Below, piece by piece: positions 8,176 through 16,696 of a DNA stretch of 18,815 bases. This DNA comes from Thermoplasmata archaeon (GTDB lineage Archaea; Thermoplasmatota; Thermoplasmata; GCA-020350865). The stretch lies in assembly GCA_020348445.1 (NCBI GenBank), contig CP070751.1:2361506-2380320 (forward strand). Reading direction: 5' to 3'. Position 1 is the first letter of the stretch; the number at the start of each line of letters is the position of its first letter. The translations under genes and the position numbers were made by a program. The notes beneath the pieces were generated by a model that was not told the origin of the DNA, did no database searches, and saw only the letters and a list, made by a program, of their open reading frames with translations.

Positions 8176-8543
8176 GATAAATTAGCCCACGTTAACGACA
8201 CTGTGCAGGAAATAGTGGCTGTTTTATTAAAAACCGTATCGGTGACAGTACACTTCCAGCCTTCGGTGTTATCGCTATCGGCGTCGCAGCGAGTCGCGGA
8301 CCAGGCAGTCGACGCGCTAGTTGATGCAGTAGCATTAAACGGGTTTCCGTCCGCGCTGCTAGTTCGTTCCCATAAATAGGTATAGGTGCCGCTGCCGCCT
8401 CCGGTTACGCTGACCGTGTTTACGTTACTCGTTACTGCGCCGCATGGCGCGAAGTCGGAATCGTTGCCCGACGGTGTCGAGTCCGTTTGCGATAACGTCA
8501 ACGCCGGTCGGACGCTATTTAGCGCTAGCAGTATCCCGCCCAT
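8172..8543 (-). CDS. Ig/PKD-like tail-fibre-associated protein
   Basis: GGGSGTYTYLW and WKCTVTD motifs typical of Ig-like folds; directly after the fibre gene (TAAATG). Confidence 0.65.
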   Translation of the reverse strand: MGGILLALNSVRPALTLSQTDSTPSGNDSDFAPCGAVTSNVNTVSVTGGGSGTYTYLWERTSSADGNPFNATASTSASTAWSATRCDADSDNTEGWKCTVTDTVFNKTATISCTVSLTWANLS

Positions 8544-9542
8544 TTATTGATCCGTTGAGCCATATTTCCAGGCAGTCGAGGAGACCTTTTCGATAACGGC
8601 TTTATTGTTATCGCTTAAGGTCCTCGTCCCGGTGCTCCCCGTCGCCCATTGTTCGAGAGTATCCGACGTTATTGCGATACTTAAGTCGCCGCCTCCGTCG
8701 TTCTGAATCTCGATAATCGTTCCGGTCGGAAACGCGACGCTCGCGTTAGCCGGTATCGTTATCGTCTCTCCCGCGCCTCCGCTCGCTTTACGGATAATCT
8801 TTCCTGCGTCCGCCAGGACGAGAGTGTAGTTTCCGTTTTGCGTATTGATCGGCGCTCCCTTAAACCCAGGCTGCGCGGCGTCCGTATTAGTCGCCGAGAG
8901 CGCGACGCTCTCCTCCGCGAAGTCGTCCGGGTCTTTACTGTTAAGCGTTCCGCTAAAGGTCCAATTACCGGAGACCGTCTCGGTCGCGGACTTATCGAGC
9001 AAGTTAGCGGACGCGATCCCGCCAAAGGTTACAGCGGTTAAAGCCTGAAAGTCCCAGGTCGCTCCGCTGATCGTTTCGCTCGCGGTTTTGTCGACGAGAT
9101 TCGCCTCGGTAATCCCTCCGTAACTCGTCGCCGTTATCGCGTCAAAGTCCGCGTCGACCGTTCCGGCCGCGATAGCAGTAATGCCAGTAATGTTAATATC
9201 GGTCGTCGTCGTGCCGACGATATTAAGGTCGGTCCCGTCGTGCGAAACCGTAACGTCGTCGACGTTAGTCGAGTCCTTAATAACCAGGCTATTGCCACCG
9301 AGAATCGAAACCGACCCGTCGAAGGTATTAGCAGCGGTGAAAGCGTTAGCCGCTGCTAACTGCGCTGCGTCGTTAATCTGCGTATGCGTAAGCGTAACGG
9401 CTCCGGAAATCGACGGAAAACTAGCGAGCAATACGGTCTTAAGTCCGCGTATATGATCGTCTCCCTCCGCGACCGTATCACTCGCTCCGACTGGGTTACT
9501 CGAATTAAGCGAGGTTATATAGGTAAAAGATTCGAGTCCCAT
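8544..9542 (-). CDS. Tail fibre protein
   Basis: N-terminal anchor NP......GDDHIR..K.VL..SFP.I.GAVT.TH..IN; C-terminal YTLV..DAGK...ITIP.N.SVAFP.GT.I domain common in phage fibres; SD GGGAGG. Confidence 0.85.
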   Translation of the reverse strand: MGLESFTYITSLNSSNPVGASDTVAEGDDHIRGLKTVLLASFPSISGAVTLTHTQINDAAQLAAANAFTAANTFDGSVSILGGNSLVIKDSTNVDDVTVSHDGTDLNIVGTTTTDINITGITAIAAGTVDADFDAITATSYGGITEANLVDKTASETISGATWDFQALTAVTFGGIASANLLDKSATETVSGNWTFSGTLNSKDPDDFAEESVALSATNTDAAQPGFKGAPINTQNGNYTLVLADAGKIIRKASGGAGETITIPANASVAFPTGTIIEIQNDGGGDLSIAITSDTLEQWATGSTGTRTLSDNNKAVIEKVSSTAWKYGSTDQ

Positions 9543-9545
9543 TTT

Positions 9546-10178
9546 TTAGCGCCTCCCGTAAGAGCTCATATCGTAATAACCTCGAGTCCTTTGTCCGCCG
9601 ACCATTCGACCGGCTTGCTCGTTAAGCGACTCGATAGCGTTAATGCCGCTCTCGCTATGTACGCTTGCGAGCTCGAGGTCTTGCGTAAATTTGTAAAGCG
9701 CCTCGAGCGCCAGGTCGAGATAGATTCCCTCGTGATTCGTAAGGATCGAATTAGTCGCAGTCGTGGCGAGCGGATCGGGTCGAGCGAAATAGATTAGCTC
9801 GATAGTATCGCTCGTCCCTGGGACTCCGCGAAACTCGACCTCACTCGGCGAGATAACATTAAACCAGCGCGTCGGCGCGGAGCCGGATAATTGCCGGAGC
9901 TCGGCGAGCGAAACCTTTTCGAGCCAATAGTCCGGACTCCCGACCAGGTAAAAAGAGCGCTCCTCGAGAAAGTCGCTCGGGAGCGTAAAGAATCCCTCGT
10001 CTACGGTAACGCGATCCGAGTCCGTAATGTCGACCCGCGTTAGCATCTCCGCGCAGCGTAAGCGCCGAGCGATTACTCCCTCCGCGTAACGGATAAAATC
10101 CGGAGCCTCGGCCGTGAGCTCGGTGCGGTGCGCGGTCGAGAGGATAAGCGTCTGTAAGGTCGTGTAATTGAGGCTCAT
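9546..10178 (-). CDS. Head-tail adaptor (P22 gp4 / T7 gp11 / SU10 adaptor-like)
   Basis: M.NY..L...I......L....PDFI..AE..I.R.LR...M...LPSDFLE pattern; position between capsid and tail genes. Confidence 0.8.
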   Translation of the reverse strand: MSLNYTTLQTLILSTAHRTELTAEAPDFIRYAEGVIARRLRCAEMLTRVDITDSDRVTVDEGFFTLPSDFLEERSFYLVGSPDYWLEKVSLAELRQLSGSAPTRWFNVISPSEVEFRGVPGTSDTIELIYFARPDPLATTATNSILTNHEGIYLDLALEALYKFTQDLELASVHSESGINAIESLNEQAGRMVGGQRTRGYYDMSSYGRR

Positions 10179-10525
10179 TTAATAACCCTCTTAATCGTCC
10201 GTCCGACTCGATACGGCTCGGAGAGCGGAGACTTAGCGAAGCGCTGCCACTCCCTATGACGCTCCTCGTTATTGCGGCTTTTTAAGCCAGGGAACATCGC
10301 GCATATAAACGGATAATCAAACTCCGGTATTCTCATGGCGACGCGACCGAAACCGTCCGAGCTTCCGATATTGCGCGGAGCCGGATCGACTCCGTCTCGC
10401 GCTCGCTTGTTTTCCTCGAGTACCTGGCGGCGCTTCGGGTCTCCGCCGGTATGCGTAAAGGCGGGAATCCCGATAACTTCCGCCTGGTTAATTCCCTCAA
10501 ACTCTCGGCTATCTATCTCGGACAA
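10175..10525 (-). CDS. Conserved hypothetical protein found after SU10-type capsid genes
   Basis: VLEENKR...GRVAMRIP motif; TTG start, overlaps both neighbours. Confidence 0.7.
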   Translation of the reverse strand: MSEIDSREFEGINQAEVIGIPAFTHTGGDPKRRQVLEENKRARDGVDPAPRNIGSSDGFGRVAMRIPEFDYPFICAMFPGLKSRNNEERHREWQRFAKSPLSEPYRVGRTIKRVIK

Positions 10526-10814
10526 TTTCCTCGAGCTCCTTAATCTCTTTTTCCAGGCGAGCGTGTTCCCGCTCCGCCTCCTGGCGATAATAGCGGTCGA
10601 CCGTTTTTCTCGAGAGCTCCTCCCTTATCTGCGTTATCGAAGCGCGGACCTCGAGGAGCTCTTGTCCATGCTGCCGCGCTACGTCGAGCGCTATCTCGGC
10701 GTCCTTTTGGACCGAGACAAACATATTGAGCACGAGCGTCATTAGCGCGAGCAAGCCTCCGCCTCCGAGTCCGGCGAGATACTTTAGACCTCTTACTTGA
10801 TGCTCTACGTCCAC
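10509..10814 (-). CDS. Single-TM plus coiled-coil protein (possible lysis accessory)
   Basis: Hydrophobic segment YLAGLGGGGLLALMTLVLNMFV followed by a heptad-like charged helix; GTG start. Confidence 0.65.
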   Translation of the reverse strand: MDVEHQVRGLKYLAGLGGGGLLALMTLVLNMFVSVQKDAEIALDVARQHGQELLEVRASITQIREELSRKTVDRYYRQEAEREHARLEKEIKELEEIVRDR

Positions 10815-10816
10815 TC

Positions 10817-10847
10817 ATAAAAAGGGAGCGGACCGAAGTCCGCTCCC
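10817..10847 (-). terminator. Intrinsic terminator after the major capsid gene
   Basis: Minus strand GGGAGCGGAC-TTCG-GTCCGCTCCC-TTTTTAT: perfect 10-bp stem, C(UUCG)G tetraloop, U-tract. Confidence 0.9.
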
Positions 10848-10854
10848 GTACTCC

Positions 10855-11907
10855 TTATGCTGTCCAGGCTGCGTCCTCGTCGATATCCCGATAGACCATG
10901 TGCGCCTTTTCCTCGTAAACCTTAACGCACCAGTCCGCGCTAATCTGCCAGCGCTCCGAGAGACCGAGCTTAGAAAGCCGCTCGGCAATCGGTCGGTGCA
11001 TATACGAGAGCGCGACCATCTGCGGGTCGATCCCGAAAAGGCTCGCAGCGGTATTAGAATTGTAATCCTGCTGCAAACGATTCGGATGCAGTTCGAGCGT
11101 AAAGCCGAAGTCTGTAACCATCGTGGTTATATAGCCCTGGCTCGTCTGACCGACTCCGCCTCCGTCTCCTCGGATATTCGCGGTCGGAGTCGCTACCCTC
11201 GAGGACGAGAATAGCCGGACCGCGAGCCGCTTAATGCAAGCGGGAGTACTCATTAACACGGTGGGATTCGCGTTATTTTCGTATGCGGTCTCGATAAGCG
11301 CGGAGAGTCGCGCCTCCGTTCCTGCGACTGCGGTCGTCGCGTTCGTATGCGCGTCGACAATTTTGGTCGAGGTATTAAAGCCTCCCGTCGCGGCTCCCGC
11401 TTCCGAATTGTCGATATTGGTCTCGATCCAATTATCGAAACCGCCCGACTCTCCTGCGGTCGTATTGTTATCGTCCTCGACGCTCGCGTTATTCTCGAGA
11501 GCCATAGCCTCGATATCTCGCTTAAGCTCTTTCTGCCGCTGCATCAAGCCGTAAGCGAGCTCGCCGGAAACGCCGCGACCGATTACGTTCGAGTTTTGCG
11601 CTCGAGTCGTAACGTAGACGTACTTAACCGAAGTCTGTGAATGATTGCCGACGCGCTTTCCGTTGCTATCGGTTTTCGATCCTGCGTCTGCGCCACTGAC
11701 GACCGCATTGGTTACGTCTACAGCGTTTAACGAGTCCTGCGTCCATTCGCAGTAAGCGTTATCGTGCGAGTCGCTACCGACGAGGTCGGTAAACGGGAGC
11801 GGATAATCGGAGATATCAAAAATCCGAGACATAACGTCCTCGGAAACTAAACCTCCGGCCGCGACCGCTTTTAGGTCCTGGGAGTCCCAGTAGTCACTAG
11901 CTGCCAT
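10855..11907 (-). CDS. Major capsid protein (DUF5309/SU10_MCP-like)
   Basis: EDV..RIFDIS....PF, EW.QDSL, RVGN..Q...K.V.VT, ELAY.L....KELKRDIE motifs; SD AGAGG; follows the scaffold gene. Confidence 0.93.
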   Translation of the reverse strand: MAASDYWDSQDLKAVAAGGLVSEDVMSRIFDISDYPLPFTDLVGSDSHDNAYCEWTQDSLNAVDVTNAVVSGADAGSKTDSNGKRVGNHSQTSVKYVYVTTRAQNSNVIGRGVSGELAYGLMQRQKELKRDIEAMALENNASVEDDNNTTAGESGGFDNWIETNIDNSEAGAATGGFNTSTKIVDAHTNATTAVAGTEARLSALIETAYENNANPTVLMSTPACIKRLAVRLFSSSRVATPTANIRGDGGGVGQTSQGYITTMVTDFGFTLELHPNRLQQDYNSNTAASLFGIDPQMVALSYMHRPIAERLSKLGLSERWQISADWCVKVYEEKAHMVYRDIDEDAAWTA

Positions 11908-11919
11908 TGTTTAAAGCCT

Positions 11920-12783
11920 CTATTTTCCAGAAAGTAAACTCTGGACCGCTGCGACCTGGGAGTCGGCTGCGCGGCTCGAGCCTCGCGTCGATACCTTTCC
12001 GCCTGGTCCCTTGCGATTAACCTTGCCAGGTCTCGAGCTCCGCTTAAGTCCGGTCTCGTGTACCTGGCGGACTTTCGAGAGAGCCTGGTCGACGCGATCC
12101 TTTCGCAGCGCTGCATCTCGCAGCATAGCCAGGGAGCGGTGATCGACCAGGGTCTCGAGGTAGTCGCTCGGGTGCCCAAAGTCAGAAAGGTAAGAGCGCA
12201 TAAGCTCACGGTCTCGAGCTTCGACTGCCTCGTCGGACCATTCTCGTATTACCGCTTTGGTTAGAGCTCGCTCCCTTGCGGCCGACTTCGCTCGCTGCGC
12301 TTGTATTTTCTGCGTTAGCGCCGGAGTAATGACCGACTCGGGGAGACTCGCAATAACGTCGGCGAGGTCCTGCCTATGCTGCCGAAGCTCTCGCTCCGCT
12401 GCCGCTTTATCCTCCTCGAAGGTTAAGCGATCCACCGATAAGGACTCGGACTCGTTAACGCGATCCTTAAGCTCGCCGAGCGTTATCGGCTTACTCGTTC
12501 CGTCTCCGGTATCCAGGTTAAGCGTTACCTCGTACAAGTCCGCGACCTCGAGCCCTAACGTCTCCGCTAGCGCCTCGAGGCTTCTCGGAGCTTTCTGGTC
12601 TCGAGTCTCCTCGTTAAGCTCCTGCTCCGACTCCTCCGCCTGGTCCGCCTCGAGCTCGTCCTGAGTCTCCTCGTCGAGCTCCTGGCGCTCCGGCTCCTTG
12701 CCTCCCAGTATCTCGAGGACCTGGTCGACCTGGTCGAGAGTCGTCTCCGTCTCCGGAGTTTCAATCGTTTCCAAATTCTGCAT
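11920..12783 (-). CDS. Capsid scaffolding protein
   Basis: Very acidic N-terminus, long helical coiled coil, basic C-terminus; directly upstream of the MCP. Confidence 0.8.
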   Translation of the reverse strand: MQNLETIETPETETTLDQVDQVLEILGGKEPERQELDEETQDELEADQAEESEQELNEETRDQKAPRSLEALAETLGLEVADLYEVTLNLDTGDGTSKPITLGELKDRVNESESLSVDRLTFEEDKAAAERELRQHRQDLADVIASLPESVITPALTQKIQAQRAKSAARERALTKAVIREWSDEAVEARDRELMRSYLSDFGHPSDYLETLVDHRSLAMLRDAALRKDRVDQALSKVRQVHETGLKRSSRPGKVNRKGPGGKVSTRGSSRAADSQVAAVQSLLSGK

Positions 12784-12973
12784 ATAAGTTATCCCTTAGT
12801 CCCTCGAGCGCTCGAGCTTCCGCCCATAAGCGCTCCCGCTTATCCTGGTCCTCCTCTACGGTCCAGGCTTGTTTAATCTCCTCGAGTCGCTCGTCGAGTA
12901 ACACTGGGAGGAGCTTGTTACTCTTTAGCGCTTTCGCGTATCGAGCTCGCTCCTCCTGGCTAAGCGCTGCCAC
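12761..12973 (-). CDS. Small helical hypothetical protein (portal-scaffold interval)
   Basis: 70-aa GTG ORF overlapping both neighbours; W...ED...RERLW...RALE pattern resembles small proteins found after SU10-like portals. Confidence 0.7.
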   Translation of the reverse strand: MAALSQEERARYAKALKSNKLLPVLLDERLEEIKQAWTVEEDQDKRERLWAEARALEGLRDNLYAEFGND

Positions 12974-13175
12974 CTGGCTTAACCGTATCGTCGTCGAGGT
13001 CGAGCTCCGACTGGTCCGCCTCCTTAATGGCGCGGAAAAGTATCCCGTTGAGCTCGACCCAGACCGGAGCCTCTCGGCCGGTCATCTGCGCTCGATTGCC
13101 AAAAGCGATTAAGTCTCTAATCTGCTCCTCCGTTAGCCGAAGCGTTATCACTCTCGGTCGGTTTTGTACTTCCAT
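12960..13175 (-). CDS. Hypothetical protein
   Basis: ATG with strong SD GGAGGT 7 nt upstream; overlaps the portal 3' end by 59 nt. Confidence 0.65.
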   Translation of the reverse strand: MEVQNRPRVITLRLTEEQIRDLIAFGNRAQMTGREAPVWVELNGILFRAIKEADQSELDLDDDTVKPGGSA

Positions 13176-15147
13176 TCGATTTACCTCCGTTAAAGCGCGT
13201 CTGCGCGATTAAGTCTGCGGTCGCTTTCCCTGCTATCTTCGCCTCCTCTATCTCGGCGCGAAGCGTCTCGGACCAGACCTTAAAGCTCGTCTCCTGGTCC
13301 GCCTTGTATTTATCGAGCGCCGCTCGCATCTGCTCGAGTCCGACTGCCTGGGACATAAGCGCTCGGCTCGCCGCGCTCTCCTGCGCCGCTGCCGCTTGCT
13401 TATCCTTAAGCGCTTTCTGACTCGCTTCGCTCGCAGGATCGAGAAAATACTGCTCCGGATTCGGGAGCTCGGCCGCTCGGCCGAGGTCGGTAAGCGCCTT
13501 ATAAAATCCGTCGATATTAACGAGGACCTCGTCCATACCCTCTCGAGCTAGCGCTATCTGCGAATCGACTACGCCGCGCAGATTAGCGACCTTACGCGCT
13601 CGCTCTCCTGGGCTCATACCGATTTTAACCGTGACCGAGGTCCTCGGCTCCCAGGTCGCAGGGACCGGCGATAACCAGCGTCCCTCGACGCGCAAGTTAA
13701 CAGGCTGGTCGAAAAATTGTCGGAGCGTAGCGTGACCGATTAAGTAAGCGCCTCGTATTAACGTCGAAGCGATATTTTTTGTCATGTGCGAGGCTAGTTG
13801 CTCCATAACCGAAAAGGCGCGGTCGACTCCCTCCGAGCCGATCCGTCCTCCGCTCATCTGCATATTGCCGGTCGCAAGCTCGAGCGACGCTCCGCCGAGC
13901 TCCGTCCGGTTTTGCTTTTGATATTCCAGGTTAGCCAGGATACCGCCGGATATGTCCGGCTGCGTAAAGGTCGTTATCGCGTTTTGCACGTTACCGACGG
14001 AGGCGCGGACTCGGATATTTCCATTCGGCCGACCGTCCGCCAGGTCCTCGGTATTAACTTTCCCGTCGAGGTATGCGGTCCGCGACTTGATAACGCTGTT
14101 AACGTTATCGAGGAGCGCTCGCTCGAGGCTCGTGTTTTTGTCCTGCTGCTGCTTGAGTTTATCGAAAAGAGATATCCCGGTGAGCCGGTGCGGAGCGATA
14201 AACGGAGTCCCGGTCGAGTACGGGACCAGGCTATGCGGTACGTCCTCGAGAATCGAATCCTGGTTAACTCCCGCGACCGAGATCCTGCGGCGCTCGCTGG
14301 TCCCGTCGCCGGAGTCCATAAGGACATAGCACTCGAACCACTCGACGAGCTCCTGCGAGGAGTCGACCGCGACTGGGACTTGCGGTATCTGCTTAACGTC
14401 CCTGGCGAGCGAGTCGAGCTTAGTATCCCAGTCGAAGCGCTTAAGCCGGTTTACTTTCGACTTCGGGAAACCGCGCTCGATTAGCTTCGACCTGGTCTCG
14501 ATATGCCGCTCCGCAATAAACGGAGTCTCCTGGGTCTCGCTTCGATTCCACTGGGGGAGATAAAGCATATTAGCCGGGTCGATAGACTCGCAGCGAAACC
14601 GGAGCGCGGTTTTCGTTACGCGGAGCTTCGCGTAATGCGAGCCGCTCTCGTACTCGAGGAGCTTAACGCGCATCCCTGGCATATTGCGGAGCTCGGAAAT
14701 AGCCTCGGGAGTCGCGTTCTCGAGCTCGAGCGTCTGCGTTCCCTCCTCCTCCTCGACCCATATCTTAAGCCAGCCGTTGCGGAGTAAGAGCGCGTCCTTA
14801 ATCGCGGTCCCGAGCTCGTTATAACCGTTATTATCCGCCCATAAGAATTTAGAAACCGTAAAGCTCTCGAGCTCCGCCTGGTCGTCGTCGGCCGGTCCTC
14901 GAGCATCGAAGTCGGCGAGATGCCAGGAGCTAAAGCTCTCGAGCATCTGCGCGAGATTAGCCTCGACCATCGAGCTAACGTCGTTCGAGATAACGTTACT
15001 CCGACCCGCTGCCTCGTCGCCGCGCTCTCTCTGGAAATAGTAACCAATAGCCTCGATACGATCCTGGCTAATCTGGTCGGCGTCCCATCCGGCGCACTCG
15101 TGTAATAGTTGCCGGATTTTTGTCCCTAACTCTCGTAAGTCGCTCAT
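13117..15147 (-). CDS. Portal protein (P22/SU10-like)
   Basis: 676 aa; R.EA..YY....GDE..GRS.VIS.DV...VE...QML..F, KDALL.RNG..K, APHR..G.S..DKL motifs; ATGA-coupled to terL. Confidence 0.93.
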   Translation of the reverse strand: MSDLRELGTKIRQLLHECAGWDADQISQDRIEAIGYYFQRERGDEAAGRSNVISNDVSSMVEANLAQMLESFSSWHLADFDARGPADDDQAELESFTVSKFLWADNNGYNELGTAIKDALLLRNGWLKIWVEEEEGTQTLELENATPEAISELRNMPGMRVKLLEYESGSHYAKLRVTKTALRFRCESIDPANMLYLPQWNRSETQETPFIAERHIETRSKLIERGFPKSKVNRLKRFDWDTKLDSLARDVKQIPQVPVAVDSSQELVEWFECYVLMDSGDGTSERRRISVAGVNQDSILEDVPHSLVPYSTGTPFIAPHRLTGISLFDKLKQQQDKNTSLERALLDNVNSVIKSRTAYLDGKVNTEDLADGRPNGNIRVRASVGNVQNAITTFTQPDISGGILANLEYQKQNRTELGGASLELATGNMQMSGGRIGSEGVDRAFSVMEQLASHMTKNIASTLIRGAYLIGHATLRQFFDQPVNLRVEGRWLSPVPATWEPRTSVTVKIGMSPGERARKVANLRGVVDSQIALAREGMDEVLVNIDGFYKALTDLGRAAELPNPEQYFLDPASEASQKALKDKQAAAAQESAASRALMSQAVGLEQMRAALDKYKADQETSFKVWSETLRAEIEEAKIAGKATADLIAQTRFNGGKSNGSTKPTESDNASANGGAD

Positions 15148-16538
15148 ATAACCCTCGAGTCGTGCGCTTCGGTGCTCGGCGCGTTATGCCAGCCGCCGAC
15201 CTCGAGCGGCTCGCTAGCGCGGTGCGTAGCGAAAACCTCGACCGACCGAGCGTAATGCTTCTCCCAGGAATTTACCGGCTCGTTAGTAAAGCTCTGACCG
15301 GCTCGAGCCGGAGAGAAACGATAACCGAGGAGCGAGTCGACGACGTTCTCGTTATTCGGCTCATTATCGGTCCACGAGCGCGGCTCGTTATCAATATAAA
15401 ACGTCGCTAATTGCTCCCTGGTCGTCGAGTACGGAGTTTCGAGCTCGGGAGCCGCGTCGGTTATCTCGCCGCGATTCTCGAAAGCCTCGACGACCTCGGC
15501 CGGAGTCGCTGGCGGGATGATATGCCGCGCAATATAACGCCAGGGGAGCTCGTGCTTTGCCTGGTCGATACAGTCGCCGAGCGACTCGAAAGGATACGAC
15601 GCGCAGCCGACCAGGGTCGACGCGGAGCCGCGAGACTGCCAAAAGGTCGCGGTGTATTGGTCGTGATTCTCGAGGGACCAGGCTGCGATAACCGGCCGCG
15701 ACGAGTCGTAAGGGAAATTTCCGAGCCGCTGCATCTCGACCAGGGAATCGAAGCTCTTTCCGTAGATTGCGCCAGGGAGCGAGGCTATCGGATCGCAGTA
15801 ATACTCCTGGCGGATCATAGCCTCGGACATACCCTCCGAGCGCTCCGCCTCGATATCCGCCGGCGAGAGGATCGGCTTTCCGTTAATGTCCGTCGTATCG
15901 TCGACCGTCCTTACGTCGACGTACCAGTCCGGATGATCGCGGAGCTTTTGCATCATCCTATAAGCGTGGTTTTTGCCTCTGAGAGTCGTGATAAAGATTA
16001 TCCAGCCACCGTTCTCCCTCAAAATCGGCCGAATGTAATCCCAGGCTCTCGGATCGCAGAGAGCCCACTCTGAGACGACCACTCCGGCCGGATTCGCGCC
16101 GACCAGGGAATCGTATCGGTCGCTCCCGCATAGCTGCCATATCGAGCCGTTTTTATACTCGATAGTCATATCCTGCTTAAGCGTCGACTTGCGGAGCTCC
16201 TGCGGAAAGGCGCGGTCGAGAAACTTAACGCGAGCTCGCGGGTCGATTCCGTTCCAGATACTTCTACGCGCCTGGGTATGGGTCGGATATAAATGCCAGT
16301 AATTACCGGGATTCCGCTGCATCTCTCGACCGGCGAGGTCGAGCGCCTCGATATCCTTACCGGCTCGCCTATGCCATACCCTTAGTTGCCGACGGAGACC
16401 TCGGTCGAAAGCTCGCCGCGCTTCCGCCTGGTACGGTCGGAGGGTGAGGGAGGGACTCTCCGTCGAGACGAGCTCTCGGGAGAGTACCCTCTCCTGGGGG
16501 AAATCGGGCTCCGGAGGATAACGGTAATAATCCGACAA
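15144..16538 (-). CDS. terL: Terminase large subunit; ATPase intact, nuclease catalytic residues substituted
   Basis: LRPYQ (Q motif), WHRRAGKD (Walker A), GVVVSE (Walker B), FITTLRGKNH (motif C). C-terminal RNase H-like region aligns in register but lacks the catalytic Asp residues. TTG start. Confidence 0.93.
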   Translation of the reverse strand: MSDYYRYPPEPDFPQERVLSRELVSTESPSLTLRPYQAEARRAFDRGLRRQLRVWHRRAGKDIEALDLAGREMQRNPGNYWHLYPTHTQARRSIWNGIDPRARVKFLDRAFPQELRKSTLKQDMTIEYKNGSIWQLCGSDRYDSLVGANPAGVVVSEWALCDPRAWDYIRPILRENGGWIIFITTLRGKNHAYRMMQKLRDHPDWYVDVRTVDDTTDINGKPILSPADIEAERSEGMSEAMIRQEYYCDPIASLPGAIYGKSFDSLVEMQRLGNFPYDSSRPVIAAWSLENHDQYTATFWQSRGSASTLVGCASYPFESLGDCIDQAKHELPWRYIARHIIPPATPAEVVEAFENRGEITDAAPELETPYSTTREQLATFYIDNEPRSWTDNEPNNENVVDSLLGYRFSPARAGQSFTNEPVNSWEKHYARSVEVFATHRASEPLEVGGWHNAPSTEAHDSRVI

Positions 16539-16657
16539 GAGATATCGCTCGTTAGTATCGCTCTTTAAGAAAAGAGCGAGGGAGCCTCGGAGAGAAAAAC
16601 CGACCGGAAAAACGCTCCGCAGGTCGAGGGACCGGACAAGCTCCCCGCTCCCGCCGG

Positions 16658-16696
16658 ACCGTATCAGTAAAGCCGGTTATTGTAAAGCCGATTTTT
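16658..16696 (-). promoter_or_regulatory. Sigma70-like promoter P2 for terL/late operon
   Basis: Minus strand TTTACA (16681-16686), 17-nt spacer, TG-A-TACGGT extended -10 (16658-16663); AAAAATCGGC box directly upstream of the -35. Confidence 0.6.

Noticed and set aside
10540-10818. Arg-rich alternative-frame ORF starting with the ATG in the terminator tail
   Set aside because: Composition typical of an off-frame read; the overlapping frame 10509-10814 gives a coherent TM plus coiled-coil protein.
13798-14484. 228-aa + strand ORF (also 13952-14329 and 14503-14787)
   Set aside because: Antisense shadow of the portal gene; no SD or recognisable motifs; long antisense ORFs are expected in GC-rich coding DNA.
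15411-16073. 220-aa + strand ORF
   Set aside because: Antisense to terL, Arg-rich, no motif.
15144-16538. terL as a decaying pseudogene
   Set aside because: Uninterrupted ORF, intact ATPase motifs, coupling to the portal gene and preserved nuclease scaffold residues argue for a maintained protein.
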